From contig CP070695.1 of the NCBI GenBank assembly GCA_020353515.1, positions 3,582,177-3,646,176 of the forward strand: a stretch of DNA of 64,000 nt, given 5' to 3'. Each line of letters opens with the position of its first letter. The stretch's first letter is position 1. The notes under the pieces were generated by a model, which was not told where the DNA came from, made no database searches, and was given only the letters and a program-made list of their open reading frames with translations. This document shows, in pieces, positions 19,795-30,249 of this stretch. The DNA comes from Candidatus Heimdallarchaeota archaeon (GTDB lineage Archaea; Asgardarchaeota; Heimdallarchaeia; Hodarchaeales; Hodarchaeaceae). Both the position numbers and the translations under genes were made by a program.

Positions 19795-21105
19795 ATGGCT
19801 TCGGAGGATATTGAAGAACTTTCAGCGGTTTCATCATCTATCTTTTATGCAATAAGAAATACTCCTGAAAATCAGAAATTATTACTAAATAATATAATAG
19901 TTCAGACTGATAAACGGGCACTAGCAACTTCTTCTGAGCAGTTGTCGGATATTGATGAAAAAGCTAAGGAAATTCTTCCCATCAGGAAGAAAAAAGTAAT
20001 GAAAATACTGCCTCTCTTCAATTTTTATTCAGAAATTCCACCTAGTAAAGAAGACAAACCTCCATTCAAGAAAAAGAAAAGAGAGAAAACGATTTCACCT
20101 ACTAGACAGTTTCTTAGTACAGCTTTACAGGAGACAAAGAAGCATTTATCTCCACAACAGGAAACACCTCCATCTAAACAAAGAACAATCTCAAAGAAAG
20201 AAAGAAAAATAAGAGAACGTAAAAAAATATATGATCAAACCATTAAATTAAATCAATTTATTGCTAAAAAGAAAGTTGAATTAAAGCCAGTCAAGAGAAA
20301 GGATATCAAATTACAAGAAACGAGTAGTACACAAGCAAATTTGGGGGTAGTTTTAGGTGATGAAGATCCTTTTCCATTCACTAACCTTTCTGAGTGGTTA
20401 ATCTGGCATCATAACTACCCCGAATTAGCGTTTGTCCGAGAAGTATATGATCCTGAACAAATCCCAGACAAGGGGGATATAGAAGTGTTTTGGGTCAACA
20501 TTATGAATGACCCTGAGTTTTTTAATCCCGAATGGAGAATTGCTGGATCAAGAATTGATATAGATACTATTAAACAGCATAAGCGTCCTGATTGGGTACC
20601 AGAATGGGATATACTGTCATCATATACTGATGGTTTTTCGATTTTTCTTGAAGATGTATACCAACTTTTATCAAATTATCCAAAAGGCCTGAAGAATTAT
20701 CGTTATCCTGTACTTCAGTTCGCATTAAAAGGGTTATTTTTGTTAGATTTGGTTCATAATGACAATGAAAGATGGTTTAAAAAGGGAAAAAGAGAGGATC
20801 TCTCTCGACTTATAAAACTCGATCAGTTTATAACTGAACAAGATAGCCTCTCAACCTATCAACGACTCTTAAACTCTGATGAAATGAAAAATGAGTGGTA
20901 CCTCGGTTTAGTATGCTTTGATTTAATTATAATTCGCTCGTCTTTTCTCAAACAGTTTTCTCAGAATCAGCTAACTGAAGATGAAAAGATTGAGGTTCTC
21001 AAAGAAGGAGATTTAAATCAAATCATTGGTAAAAAGCTTTCAACGATAGAAAAGCTTGAAAGAATAAATGTAAAGAATCTCAAAAAGAAACTCGGAGTAG
21101 GGTGA
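19795..21105 (+). CDS. Hypothetical protein with Lys-rich linker
   Basis: 436-aa ORF with basic low-complexity middle region and Trp/Pro-rich folded C-terminal half; no family recognised. Confidence 0.7.
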   Translation: MASEDIEELSAVSSSIFYAIRNTPENQKLLLNNIIVQTDKRALATSSEQLSDIDEKAKEILPIRKKKVMKILPLFNFYSEIPPSKEDKPPFKKKKREKTISPTRQFLSTALQETKKHLSPQQETPPSKQRTISKKERKIRERKKIYDQTIKLNQFIAKKKVELKPVKRKDIKLQETSSTQANLGVVLGDEDPFPFTNLSEWLIWHHNYPELAFVREVYDPEQIPDKGDIEVFWVNIMNDPEFFNPEWRIAGSRIDIDTIKQHKRPDWVPEWDILSSYTDGFSIFLEDVYQLLSNYPKGLKNYRYPVLQFALKGLFLLDLVHNDNERWFKKGKREDLSRLIKLDQFITEQDSLSTYQRLLNSDEMKNEWYLGLVCFDLIIIRSSFLKQFSQNQLTEDEKIEVLKEGDLNQIIGKKLSTIEKLERINVKNLKKKLGVG

Positions 21106-21134
21106 AAAGGTTAGAAATCAAAATTTGATCTATC

Positions 21135-22217
21135 TTACCGGGTGACACGAAAACTAAGAACTTGGTCTCTGAGATCTCTTAATTTGGAATTCGATTCAAA
21201 AGCTTCTCTTACAGGGTGGATCATTTCATTCAAGTATGTTGCAACTGCGTTTTTAAGATCTGCAGGGTGAACTTCTCCCTTCATATAAGAAGTTTCTAAA
21301 TCAAGATAAGAATTAAATTCTATATCTCCACCGAATTTAGAAGATCGTTCCACTTTAAGCCTATCATACTTCTCAAAAATGAAATATTGAGAATATTCAA
21401 GGATTGGATTTTCTTCAACAATTTCAGGACAGTATGCCTTTTGGATTTTTTTTCTAATCTGAGATTCATTATCAGTCATAAAAATTGCTGCGTCAGGATT
21501 AGATTTAGACATCTTTATATCTAGCAATTTCTCCTCGATGCTGGCATAAGATGCTTTCGGAGGATTGAGACCTCGAATCATGTGATGACTAACTACGATT
21601 GGTTTTGAACCAAATAGTTTTGGGCCTATTTCCCGTGCTAACATATTGACCTTACGTTGGTCCATACCTAATTGACATACATCTACCTCCATTTGAAAGA
21701 TATCAGCGCATTGTAAGCAGGGATATAGGATTTGGGAAGCTTGAAGCGCTTCTGATTGTAATCGACCCATAATTTGAGCAGTTCTAATAATACGTTTCAA
21801 TGTTGAGTTCCGAGCAATTTGCATCACTTTTTTCCAATACTCATCATCTTTTACAAAATCCGAAGCCCAAAGAAAGTTCACATGTTTTAGGTCCATTCCA
21901 GTTAATCGCCATACTTCTATCAGGTATTTCCCAGCTGTTTGAATCTTGTCTAAATTTCCTCCAAGCTTGTTATTGGCCCATCCATGCCAATCAGCGACTA
22001 GCATATTGAACGTTGCCCCAGCACCAATCATCTTGTTTACATTAATGGAGCGTAAGATTCCCTGAGCGATATGAATCTGCCCAGAAGGCTCAAAACCGTC
22101 GTAAGAGTAGAAGTTCTTCTTCGAATCTAATAATTCAATCAACTCTTCTTCAGTAACAACTTCTTCTCCAACGCTTCTGATAAGATTCAATCTTTCCTCG
22201 GTGCTCAATCCAATCAC
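21135..22217 (-). CDS. tyrS: Tyrosine--tRNA ligase
   Basis: YDGFEPSGQIHIAQG (HIGH-like), YPCLQCAD, LGMDQRK, KMSKS. Confidence 0.96.
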   Translation of the reverse strand: MIGLSTEERLNLIRSVGEEVVTEEELIELLDSKKNFYSYDGFEPSGQIHIAQGILRSINVNKMIGAGATFNMLVADWHGWANNKLGGNLDKIQTAGKYLIEVWRLTGMDLKHVNFLWASDFVKDDEYWKKVMQIARNSTLKRIIRTAQIMGRLQSEALQASQILYPCLQCADIFQMEVDVCQLGMDQRKVNMLAREIGPKLFGSKPIVVSHHMIRGLNPPKASYASIEEKLLDIKMSKSNPDAAIFMTDNESQIRKKIQKAYCPEIVEENPILEYSQYFIFEKYDRLKVERSSKFGGDIEFNSYLDLETSYMKGEVHPADLKNAVATYLNEMIHPVREAFESNSKLRDLRDQVLSFRVTR

Positions 22218-22433
22218 CTGTCGTTATAGATAGGGAAAAAGATTCATTTTGGTTAGTAACAATCTTTAAAGGGTAAATAAGGCTTCTTATTTCTTTTAAT
22301 CCTGAATAAAGACTATCTAGAGCAAGATAAAAGACTCTGTTTTAGGTTTACGATATACTTTTTCAGCTAACTAAAAACTTTCAGAAAAACAAATAGCTCG
22401 ATGAAAAACTAGCTTGTTGAGGTTATTTTATCT

Positions 22434-23129
22434 ATGAAGACAATAGGTCTCATCGGAGGAATGAGTTGGGAATCATCCCTAGAATATTATCGAATTATTA
22501 ATGAAACGGTCAAGGAACTTATTGGAGGGTTGCATTCAGCTAAGAGTATAATGTATTCTTACGATTTTGAAGAAATTGAGTCTCTACAACATCAAGGAAA
22601 ATGGACCAAACTTATGGATTACATGATTGAAACGGCTAAGAGGCTTGAGAATGCTGGAGCGGAAATGATAGTCATCTGTACTAACACAATGCACAAGGTA
22701 GCTGAAGGGATGCAACAGAATCTAAGCATACCAATAATACATATAGCCGATGCAACAGCAAGAAAGATATTAGAAAAGAAATTTCAGAAAGTTGGTTTAC
22801 TAGGAACCAAATTTACGATGGAAGAAGGTTTTTACAAGGATAGATTGAAAAAAGAATATGGTTTAGAAGTAATAATCCCGAATAATGATGAGCGGCAAAT
22901 GGTTCATGATATAATCTACAAGGAATTAGTATTAGGGCAGCTAAAAGAACACTCAAGAAAGGTCTTTATTGATATTATCCAGCATTTAGCAGTTCAAGGA
23001 GCTCAAGGGATAATCCTTGGTTGTACTGAAATCCCTCTTTTGATAAAACAGGAAGATGTCGATATCCTATTATTTGATACAACAACCATTCACGCTCGTT
23101 CAGCAGTAGAATATGCATTAAATGATTAA
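22434..23129 (+). CDS. Aspartate/glutamate racemase family (RacX/YgeA-like)
   Basis: IGLIGGMSWES, CTNTMH, LGCTEI. Confidence 0.92.
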   Translation: MKTIGLIGGMSWESSLEYYRIINETVKELIGGLHSAKSIMYSYDFEEIESLQHQGKWTKLMDYMIETAKRLENAGAEMIVICTNTMHKVAEGMQQNLSIPIIHIADATARKILEKKFQKVGLLGTKFTMEEGFYKDRLKKEYGLEVIIPNNDERQMVHDIIYKELVLGQLKEHSRKVFIDIIQHLAVQGAQGIILGCTEIPLLIKQEDVDILLFDTTTIHARSAVEYALND

Positions 23130-23239
23130 TAAAATAAATGAATTCCTATTATCTTTGAAATTACATATCAATCAGGTTATATTGTGTGATTTTCTTAGTA
23201 TTCAAAAAATGTATTTAATTCGCTATTCAATTTAACATA

Positions 23240-25891
23240 ATGAGGTTCGTAGATATGTCAGTGTTTCAGCGATTAGGGAAAGCTATCATATCTTCTTTCA
23301 CACTTAAGAATAAAGAAATCAAAGTAGCTTGGATTATCATCTTAATTTGGTTAATCCTAGTTACTCCCGTTTCAGCATTATTCTCCGTAAGAGTGATGGA
23401 AAGCATGAGTACTGAATGGAGTTTCGTTCCTGCAGGATCTGAATCAGACATCGCTTTAGAGATCGTAGAGAGAGAATTTCCTCCGACTAACGAATCACTC
23501 ATCGCTGTACTAAAATCTGAGACTGGTTTTACTTTTGATTCTACTCTGTTCAACAGTACCTTTCAAGCATCAAACCAAACTATGGATGATTTAATCGATG
23601 CCACAATCGCTGCATCAAATGATAATTTCCTATATGGTTTATTTTTAAGTCTTGAGATCAATGAGTCTGTTTATGAGTGGGGAATTGGAACGTTTGAGAA
23701 TATTATTTCCCCTTTTGTACTCTTTCCAGGGTTAATTATGAGTTTTCCCAATCAATCAGATTTATGGGAAGATTTTTGGACCCAAATGTTTTTTAATGAC
23801 GACAAAGTAACTATGATTATCATAGGATTAGAAATTTCCAGTTCTGGCTTTTCTGCACTTGGTGTTGGAGAACAAAATGCTTATTTTGAGTATATTCAGG
23901 AGCTAAGGGATTTTATTGCTGATAAATTACAGAAAAGAATTAATTTAGCCGCTGCTTTCCTTGGAATCGATGATGTTAATCCTGATATAGAAACAAAAAT
24001 TACTGGTTCACTTGCAATCTCTTACGATAGTCTGGAATCAACTGAAGCTGATCGGGAACGTATGGATTTTTTAACAGTCGCCTTAGTTATCATCATCTTA
24101 TTCATAATACTTCGGTCAATAATCGCTCCCGCGGTACCTTTGGTAACAATGGGCCCAGCTCTCCTTTTAGCTAACACAATATTGTATTTTCTAGGAAATT
24201 ATATTGAAATTGGTACATTTGCTCCAGTCATAGTCACAGTTTTAGGATTAGGTGTTGGGGTTGATTATTCTATCTTTATTCTGACTCGGTTTATTGACGA
24301 AATAAAGGAAGGAAAAACTAGAGAGGAAGCAGTGGAAACTTCAGTTACGATGAGTGGTAGAGCAATTTTTTCATCGGGTTTAGTTGTAATAATGGGATTT
24401 GGTGCATTATTGATACCAAATATCGAACTAATTCAAAGTATTGGATTGGGTGCTATTATTGCAATAATTTGTGGATTGTTATCAGCCTTTACATTACTCC
24501 CCTCCCTTCTTTATGTATTTGGTGAGAAAATTACCTGGCCAAGAAAAATTACAGTAGTAAAAACTCAAGAGGAAGAGAATGAGGAGTTCATAAAGGAGAG
24601 GAGTTCAAAGACAAATAATACAATTTGGGGTAAATTTGCACGATTTAGTATCCGTTTTGCGTGGCCTATCATCATTATTGCTATAGCTATCACAGTACCT
24701 TTCGCTTTTTTGCTAGCCTCTTACCAACCATCTTATGATATATTATCTATGCTTCCTCCTAATGTTGAAAGCAGTGAAGCTTTTGAAATACTTGATGAGA
24801 TAGGTATGACAAGTGAAATATATGGAAATAGTATGATTCTTTCAGGATTTAGCAGTTCAGAGGAATTATGGGCAAATTCTACACTTCATGCTATTGATCG
24901 GTTAGCTGAGTGGTTTACTAATACTGAAGCTGTACTAGACGTTGAAACCCTCACTCGGCCTTCATTAGGCCTTGTAAAGATCAATTTAATCAATGAAACT
25001 AGAATTAAACAAGGAATGGAAACACCATTCCTTTCAGTTTCGACTTTAAGATCCGCATTACCCCCTGAAACTAACTTCGATATTATAGTGCAAAATTATG
25101 TCAATTGGAACCAAGCAAACAACACAGTGATCTTAAAATTAAAATTTGTTAATAATCCGATGGGAGTTAAAGCCATGGGTGATTTACGTTCACTTCGAGC
25201 TGAATTAAAAGATTTACAAAAGTTTGACCTTCCCACTAACGTTAATGGCTACATTTATGGTGGTTCCTCAATTAATGTTGATATGTCTAATGAAGTATAT
25301 TCCGCTTTCCCCCTGATGATTCTATGGATCCTTATAACAATAATGCTTATACTAACATTTCTCTTGGGTTCTATCACTGTACCAGTCCGATTAATTGTCA
25401 CAATTGCCACCTCTGTAACGTGGACATTAGGGTTTTTAGTTTTGATGTTTCAATTTAACCTGGAAGAAATAACAATTGCTTATCTCAATCCCCACATCAA
25501 TATTGAAGCAGGACTTTATTGGATAATCCCCCCGATATTATTCTGTATATTATTTGGATTGGGTATGGATTATGATATCTTCATAACTTCTCGAATCCGC
25601 GAGGAATATTTGAAAGGAAAATCAAACCATGAAGCTATTGAAGAGGGCTTGATGCATACAGCATCGGTCGTCACATCCTGCGCAATAATCATGGCAGGCG
25701 CATTTCTTGCCTTATGGTTCTCCTATATTTTAATTCTGACAGAGATTGGACTTGGTATGGTGTTCGCTGTGATTGTGGATGCCTCTATTGTTCGTGTTTT
25801 CCTTGTTCCATCGGCAATGGCTATTATGGGTGACAAGTACAATTGGTGGCCAGAGTGGGTGAATAAGAAGTTTGGAAAGTTCACTCATTAA
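23240..25891 (+). CDS. MMPL/RND family transporter
   Basis: Two repeats with GLGVGVDYSIF and FGLGMDYDIF; about 12 TMs with two large external loops. Confidence 0.9.
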   Translation: MRFVDMSVFQRLGKAIISSFTLKNKEIKVAWIIILIWLILVTPVSALFSVRVMESMSTEWSFVPAGSESDIALEIVEREFPPTNESLIAVLKSETGFTFDSTLFNSTFQASNQTMDDLIDATIAASNDNFLYGLFLSLEINESVYEWGIGTFENIISPFVLFPGLIMSFPNQSDLWEDFWTQMFFNDDKVTMIIIGLEISSSGFSALGVGEQNAYFEYIQELRDFIADKLQKRINLAAAFLGIDDVNPDIETKITGSLAISYDSLESTEADRERMDFLTVALVIIILFIILRSIIAPAVPLVTMGPALLLANTILYFLGNYIEIGTFAPVIVTVLGLGVGVDYSIFILTRFIDEIKEGKTREEAVETSVTMSGRAIFSSGLVVIMGFGALLIPNIELIQSIGLGAIIAIICGLLSAFTLLPSLLYVFGEKITWPRKITVVKTQEEENEEFIKERSSKTNNTIWGKFARFSIRFAWPIIIIAIAITVPFAFLLASYQPSYDILSMLPPNVESSEAFEILDEIGMTSEIYGNSMILSGFSSSEELWANSTLHAIDRLAEWFTNTEAVLDVETLTRPSLGLVKINLINETRIKQGMETPFLSVSTLRSALPPETNFDIIVQNYVNWNQANNTVILKLKFVNNPMGVKAMGDLRSLRAELKDLQKFDLPTNVNGYIYGGSSINVDMSNEVYSAFPLMILWILITIMLILTFLLGSITVPVRLIVTIATSVTWTLGFLVLMFQFNLEEITIAYLNPHINIEAGLYWIIPPILFCILFGLGMDYDIFITSRIREEYLKGKSNHEAIEEGLMHTASVVTSCAIIMAGAFLALWFSYILILTEIGLGMVFAVIVDASIVRVFLVPSAMAIMGDKYNWWPEWVNKKFGKFTH

Positions 25892-26004
25892 AAAGAAGAT
25901 CAAGTAGAAGAAAACTAGTATTTTTCAAGTCCTAGTATTCTTAAACTAATTTAATCAATACAATATTTACAACGTGTTAAATAGGAATAGCACCTCTACC
26001 TAGA

Positions 26005-27393
26005 GTGAGGATTATGTCAACCTCTTCAAGTCACGACATTAAGAAATATGGTCTCGAGTTTATTAATGACCTGGCAAAGGATCGGGAAGTAGCTGTACAG
26101 TCTCTCGGTGTTGCATTTAGTGCAATGAAAACAGAACTAAGGGAATCAAAGATTCTTACACGGAGTACCGAGTTCAAATATATTGACGACTTAATGAAAC
26201 ATTTCAGAGAAGAAGTCAATCGGAATTTTGAAAGTCAGCTTACTCGAATCACAATCAAATCTTTGGGGTGGATTAAACGTGTTTTGCGGGGAGAACAGAT
26301 CTTGGTCAAAGATGAATCCCGAGAAGAAGAACTTCAACAAATGATTAATGATTTATCCAGACAATTGAAATCTAAATCCGCAGAACTCTCTAAACTCTCA
26401 GAAATATCCCCTAGAATCCAAGCACTCGAATTACAAGTTGAAATCAAAGATCAGGAAATCCAAGAATTAAAAACATTTAAGCTAAAGGAGATGCATGAAC
26501 TTCAACAACAATTGCTTCAGGAGAAGAATCGGGCAGATAGTGCTTCTTTAGAAAATAAAAGCCTTCAAGAGGAGGTATTTGATTTTCAACTAGAATTAGA
26601 AGAGAGAATCAAACAAACAAACTCTTTAGAAGAACAAAATACCCAATTAAATAGTGAATTAATTGCTGCAAAAGGAGAGATTGCGAGAGTTACTTCTTCT
26701 CTTGAGCAAGCAAGGTCGGCTGTTGACCAAACAGATGAAGATGTCACAGCAGCTATGCAACAGTGGGCATTATCTTACCAACAACAAGAAGAATATTTCC
26801 AGCAAACTCTCAAAGATACAAAAGAACAATATGAGGGAATGATAAAAAACAAATTAAAGGAATTAACTGATCAGCACCAAAAAGAACTCGGTAATCTAAC
26901 CGAAAAACTTTCAGATCGGGATTCAAGAGGGAAAGAGTATCAAAATCAAATTTCAGAACTTGAAATGGAAAAACAAACGATATCGGAAAGAAAAGAACAA
27001 TTAGAGCTAGCAGTAGACGAGTTAACTCAAAAATATGAGGATAATCAACAAAAAGTTACAGATCTTAATCAACAAGTTGAAAAATTACAGGTCGAACTTG
27101 AAGAAGAACGAACAAAAGAACCTGAAAGTATGGGACTTCAGTTACGGGACATTCAACTTACACGGGCGGAAAGTAAAGCAGAATGGTTAGAACAATGCCT
27201 ATCTTACTCAAATTTTGCCCCCTTGACAATTCTAATTAGAATGGGAAATGAAATGACATTAGATGCTTTAGCCAAGAGCGTTGGGATGGATCCTATTGTC
27301 TTGGATAACCAACTTCAAGTGCTACATAAAAGGGACTTAATTGATATCCAACACGATGGTTTGATCGTAGCTAATATTCCCACTACAGAATAA
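26005..27393 (+). CDS. Long coiled-coil protein with C-terminal winged helix
   Basis: About 280 aa of E/Q/K/L heptads; C-terminal MTLDALAKSVGMDPIVLDNQLQVLHKRDLI wHTH; no Walker motifs. Confidence 0.8.
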   Translation: MRIMSTSSSHDIKKYGLEFINDLAKDREVAVQSLGVAFSAMKTELRESKILTRSTEFKYIDDLMKHFREEVNRNFESQLTRITIKSLGWIKRVLRGEQILVKDESREEELQQMINDLSRQLKSKSAELSKLSEISPRIQALELQVEIKDQEIQELKTFKLKEMHELQQQLLQEKNRADSASLENKSLQEEVFDFQLELEERIKQTNSLEEQNTQLNSELIAAKGEIARVTSSLEQARSAVDQTDEDVTAAMQQWALSYQQQEEYFQQTLKDTKEQYEGMIKNKLKELTDQHQKELGNLTEKLSDRDSRGKEYQNQISELEMEKQTISERKEQLELAVDELTQKYEDNQQKVTDLNQQVEKLQVELEEERTKEPESMGLQLRDIQLTRAESKAEWLEQCLSYSNFAPLTILIRMGNEMTLDALAKSVGMDPIVLDNQLQVLHKRDLIDIQHDGLIVANIPTTE

Positions 27394-27478
27394 ATCTTTT
27401 GCAGTTATCTTATGTCGAATCGGATTTAAAAAATTATGCCGTAGCCTTATGCTAGGCCAGTAGATGGAAGAGCAGGAG

Positions 27479-27757
27479 CTATCTTCTTCCAAAAAATCCA
27501 AATAATCCTGCTCTAGTAGCTAACCGATAGTGAGCTTCTCTGAGATCTTTCAAATTGATGTGTTTCTCAATAAGGGCCTTATCTTGGAGTTGCCTCAAAG
27601 CAAAGTAAATTGTACGCTCTGCATAAGGTAACTCATTTTGAATTTCATGTACGGCCAGTGGAACCCTTTTTTGATCTAAGAGAGTGAGGACTGCCCAAGC
27701 ACTACTTGAAACTCTGATTTTTTCTACTGGATTGATATATGATGTTAAGTAGACCAT
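27479..27757 (-). CDS. Small archaeal MarR-like winged-HTH protein
   Basis: SSAWAVLTLL...EIQNELPYAERTIYFALRQLQDKALI...DLREAHY. Confidence 0.8.
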   Translation of the reverse strand: MVYLTSYINPVEKIRVSSSAWAVLTLLDQKRVPLAVHEIQNELPYAERTIYFALRQLQDKALIEKHINLKDLREAHYRLATRAGLFGFFGRR

Positions 27758-28002
27758 ACAACCAACTCGAACTAAAGATTTATTTTTTAAACAGATAGGA
27801 AGATTACTAGGAATAGGAAGATCGGGTTAGGAGTGTGATTCCACTAACACAAACCAAGTTATTTATTTACCTTTAACCTATAAAAAAAATTTAGATATGT
27901 GCAATTTTTGCAGTAGTCACTTTATTGTAATCAAATAACGAAGTGATCTGAGTTTTAAGGTTAAAGAAATATATTCACAATTTTATACCACAACGGTTTG
28001 TT

Positions 28003-29415
28003 ATGAGTAATTCTAAACACAGTTATGATGTTATTATCGTAGGAGCAGGCCCAGCAGGGATTTTTACAGCCTTATTTTTGGTTCGATTTGCGATAAAAAA
28101 GAAACAACAGCCAAAAATACTACTTATTGAAAAAGGAACAAGTATTCAGGAGAGAATCAGAAATCGAGAAAAAGGTGACAAAGATATCTTGCATGGATGG
28201 GGTGGAGCGGGTGCATTTTCTGATGGAAAGTTAACCCTTTCTGTCGATGTTGGGGGGTCATTATCACGTTACATTCCGATTAATCAACTGGAGAATGATC
28301 TTAAAAAAGTCGAAGAAATTTACATTGAATTTGGAGCGGATAAATCTCGATTGTTGTCAGGAACAAGCGAAGAAACAAACAAAATTCGAAAACAAGCTCT
28401 CCAGTATGGTATCCACCTCCTCCCTTATCGTCTTCTGCACATAGGAACAGATAATTCTGTTAAGATACTTGAATCCTTTTATCAATACTTAAAAGATCAA
28501 TCCAATGTAACAATACACTTTGGAGAAACAACTACTCATATTTTAACCGAGAAAAATCAAGTTATCGGTGTCCAGACTGACCAACAGAAGTATTATTCTA
28601 AAAATATCACAATGGGAGTTGGAAGAGCTGGAGCACACTGGCTACGAAAAGAAGCTGAAAGACTAGGGCTCGAATTCCAAACGAATCCTGTTGATATTGG
28701 AGTAAGAGTAGAAGTTCCTGCTGAAATTACTTCACATCTAACAGATTTATTGTATGAATTCAAATGCCACTTTTATGCTCCTACATTTGATCAGGATTGT
28801 AGAACTTTTTGTGTGGTACCAAATGGAGAAGTTGTACGAGAAATTGCGTATGGGGAAGATGGGGAACAATGGGTTACGGTAAATGGGCATGCTTATGCAG
28901 CCAAAGATCGCCAGACTACAAATACAAATTTTGCCATACTTGTTAGTAGTAGTTTTACAGAACCTTTTGATGATCCTATTGCCTTTGGTCGCTCTGTTTG
29001 TAAGTTAGCTAATCTTCTTAGTAATGGTGAGGTTATTATTCAACGCTTAACAGATTTAAAGAGAGGAAGGCGATCTACTCCGTCACGAATAACGCGATCA
29101 ATAATATCACCTACTTTAAAAAGTGCGGTTCCAGGAGATCTCTCCTTTGTCCTTCCTTATCGGCACTTAACGAGTATTTTGGAAATGATTAAGGCTTTAG
29201 ATAATATAATTCCTGGTATCGATTCAAATAATACGTTTTTATATGGGATTGAAACAAAATATTATTCTAATCAACTTCGACTAACTAATGAACTGGAAAC
29301 AAAGATCTATGGATTATTTGCAATGGGAGATGGAGCTGGTGTAACACGATCTTTAGCTCATGCCTCTCTCAGTGGAATCATCGTTGCCAGGGCTATTACT
29401 TCACGATTAAAATAG
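28003..29415 (+). CDS. FAD-dependent oxidoreductase (COG2509-like)
   Basis: GAGPAG, GWGGAGAFSDGK, HIGTD, RTFC, VNGH, GDGAGVTR. Confidence 0.88.
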   Translation: MSNSKHSYDVIIVGAGPAGIFTALFLVRFAIKKKQQPKILLIEKGTSIQERIRNREKGDKDILHGWGGAGAFSDGKLTLSVDVGGSLSRYIPINQLENDLKKVEEIYIEFGADKSRLLSGTSEETNKIRKQALQYGIHLLPYRLLHIGTDNSVKILESFYQYLKDQSNVTIHFGETTTHILTEKNQVIGVQTDQQKYYSKNITMGVGRAGAHWLRKEAERLGLEFQTNPVDIGVRVEVPAEITSHLTDLLYEFKCHFYAPTFDQDCRTFCVVPNGEVVREIAYGEDGEQWVTVNGHAYAAKDRQTTNTNFAILVSSSFTEPFDDPIAFGRSVCKLANLLSNGEVIIQRLTDLKRGRRSTPSRITRSIISPTLKSAVPGDLSFVLPYRHLTSILEMIKALDNIIPGIDSNNTFLYGIETKYYSNQLRLTNELETKIYGLFAMGDGAGVTRSLAHASLSGIIVARAITSRLK

Positions 29416-29449
29416 AGGTTTTAATGTCGAAATCATTATTGAACTTAAA

Positions 29450-30022
29450 CTAGATTACTTTTGAAAGTTCACCCTTAACTGAGATCTTAAATATTGACTG
29501 AACTTGGAATCCAGTTTCCTGAATTACATTTTTTACTCCTTGATATTCTATTTTCTCTCCAATCACTATTATATCTATTATTTCAGCTCCTATTCCTTGA
29601 AGTGCCTTTATCATGCCTATTAATGTTCCTCCTGTGCTTATAATATCGTCAATAATACACACACGATCACCGCGATTAATACCACAGATATATAATGTTC
29701 CTCTTGATAAGTATTCACAGGAGAATATTGAACTTACTTGATCTGCTAGCTGATTAGGATACCAACGTGCCATCCCAAAAGGTAATCCAGATAAAAGTGA
29801 AACAGCTGCAACCAACACAGCTCCTTTATCTTCTTCAGTAATTAGCCTGTCATAATCAGCAATCTTCATATGATCTATTAGAGCTTTTGCTGCTTCTTCC
29901 AAGAGTTGAGATGTAGTAGCTGGTACCTGTTCTGTAAGCGGGTTGAGAATAAAATTATAATTATTTACTTTAAATAGTGGTTTTCTATCTAAAGCGGATC
30001 TTAACACTTCATAATGATTCAT
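29450..30022 (-). CDS. Purine phosphoribosyltransferase (archaeal Hpt/Apt-like)
   Basis: PRPP-binding motif CIIDDIISTGGT. Confidence 0.88.
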   Translation of the reverse strand: MNHYEVLRSALDRKPLFKVNNYNFILNPLTEQVPATTSQLLEEAAKALIDHMKIADYDRLITEEDKGAVLVAAVSLLSGLPFGMARWYPNQLADQVSSIFSCEYLSRGTLYICGINRGDRVCIIDDIISTGGTLIGMIKALQGIGAEIIDIIVIGEKIEYQGVKNVIQETGFQVQSIFKISVKGELSKVI

Positions 30023-30249
30023 GAGTATCCCTACTCATTTTACTAATTTTAATCTTAAGATCATTTTCCATTTTATAACATTAAGATGATACTAAACAGT
30101 AATAAAATATGAGTAAGTTGAAATCAGAGTGTTGATGACTATTGATTCCTGTATGAATAGTATAAAAAATTGTGGATTTGAACAGGTGGGACTAAACCAC
30201 GAATCAAGAAGCTAAATTTAATACCATTTCAACCAAAATATGGTTACGA

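Noticed and set aside
26005-27393. SMC/Rad50 ATPase
   Set aside because: No Walker A/B, signature motif, hinge or zinc hook.
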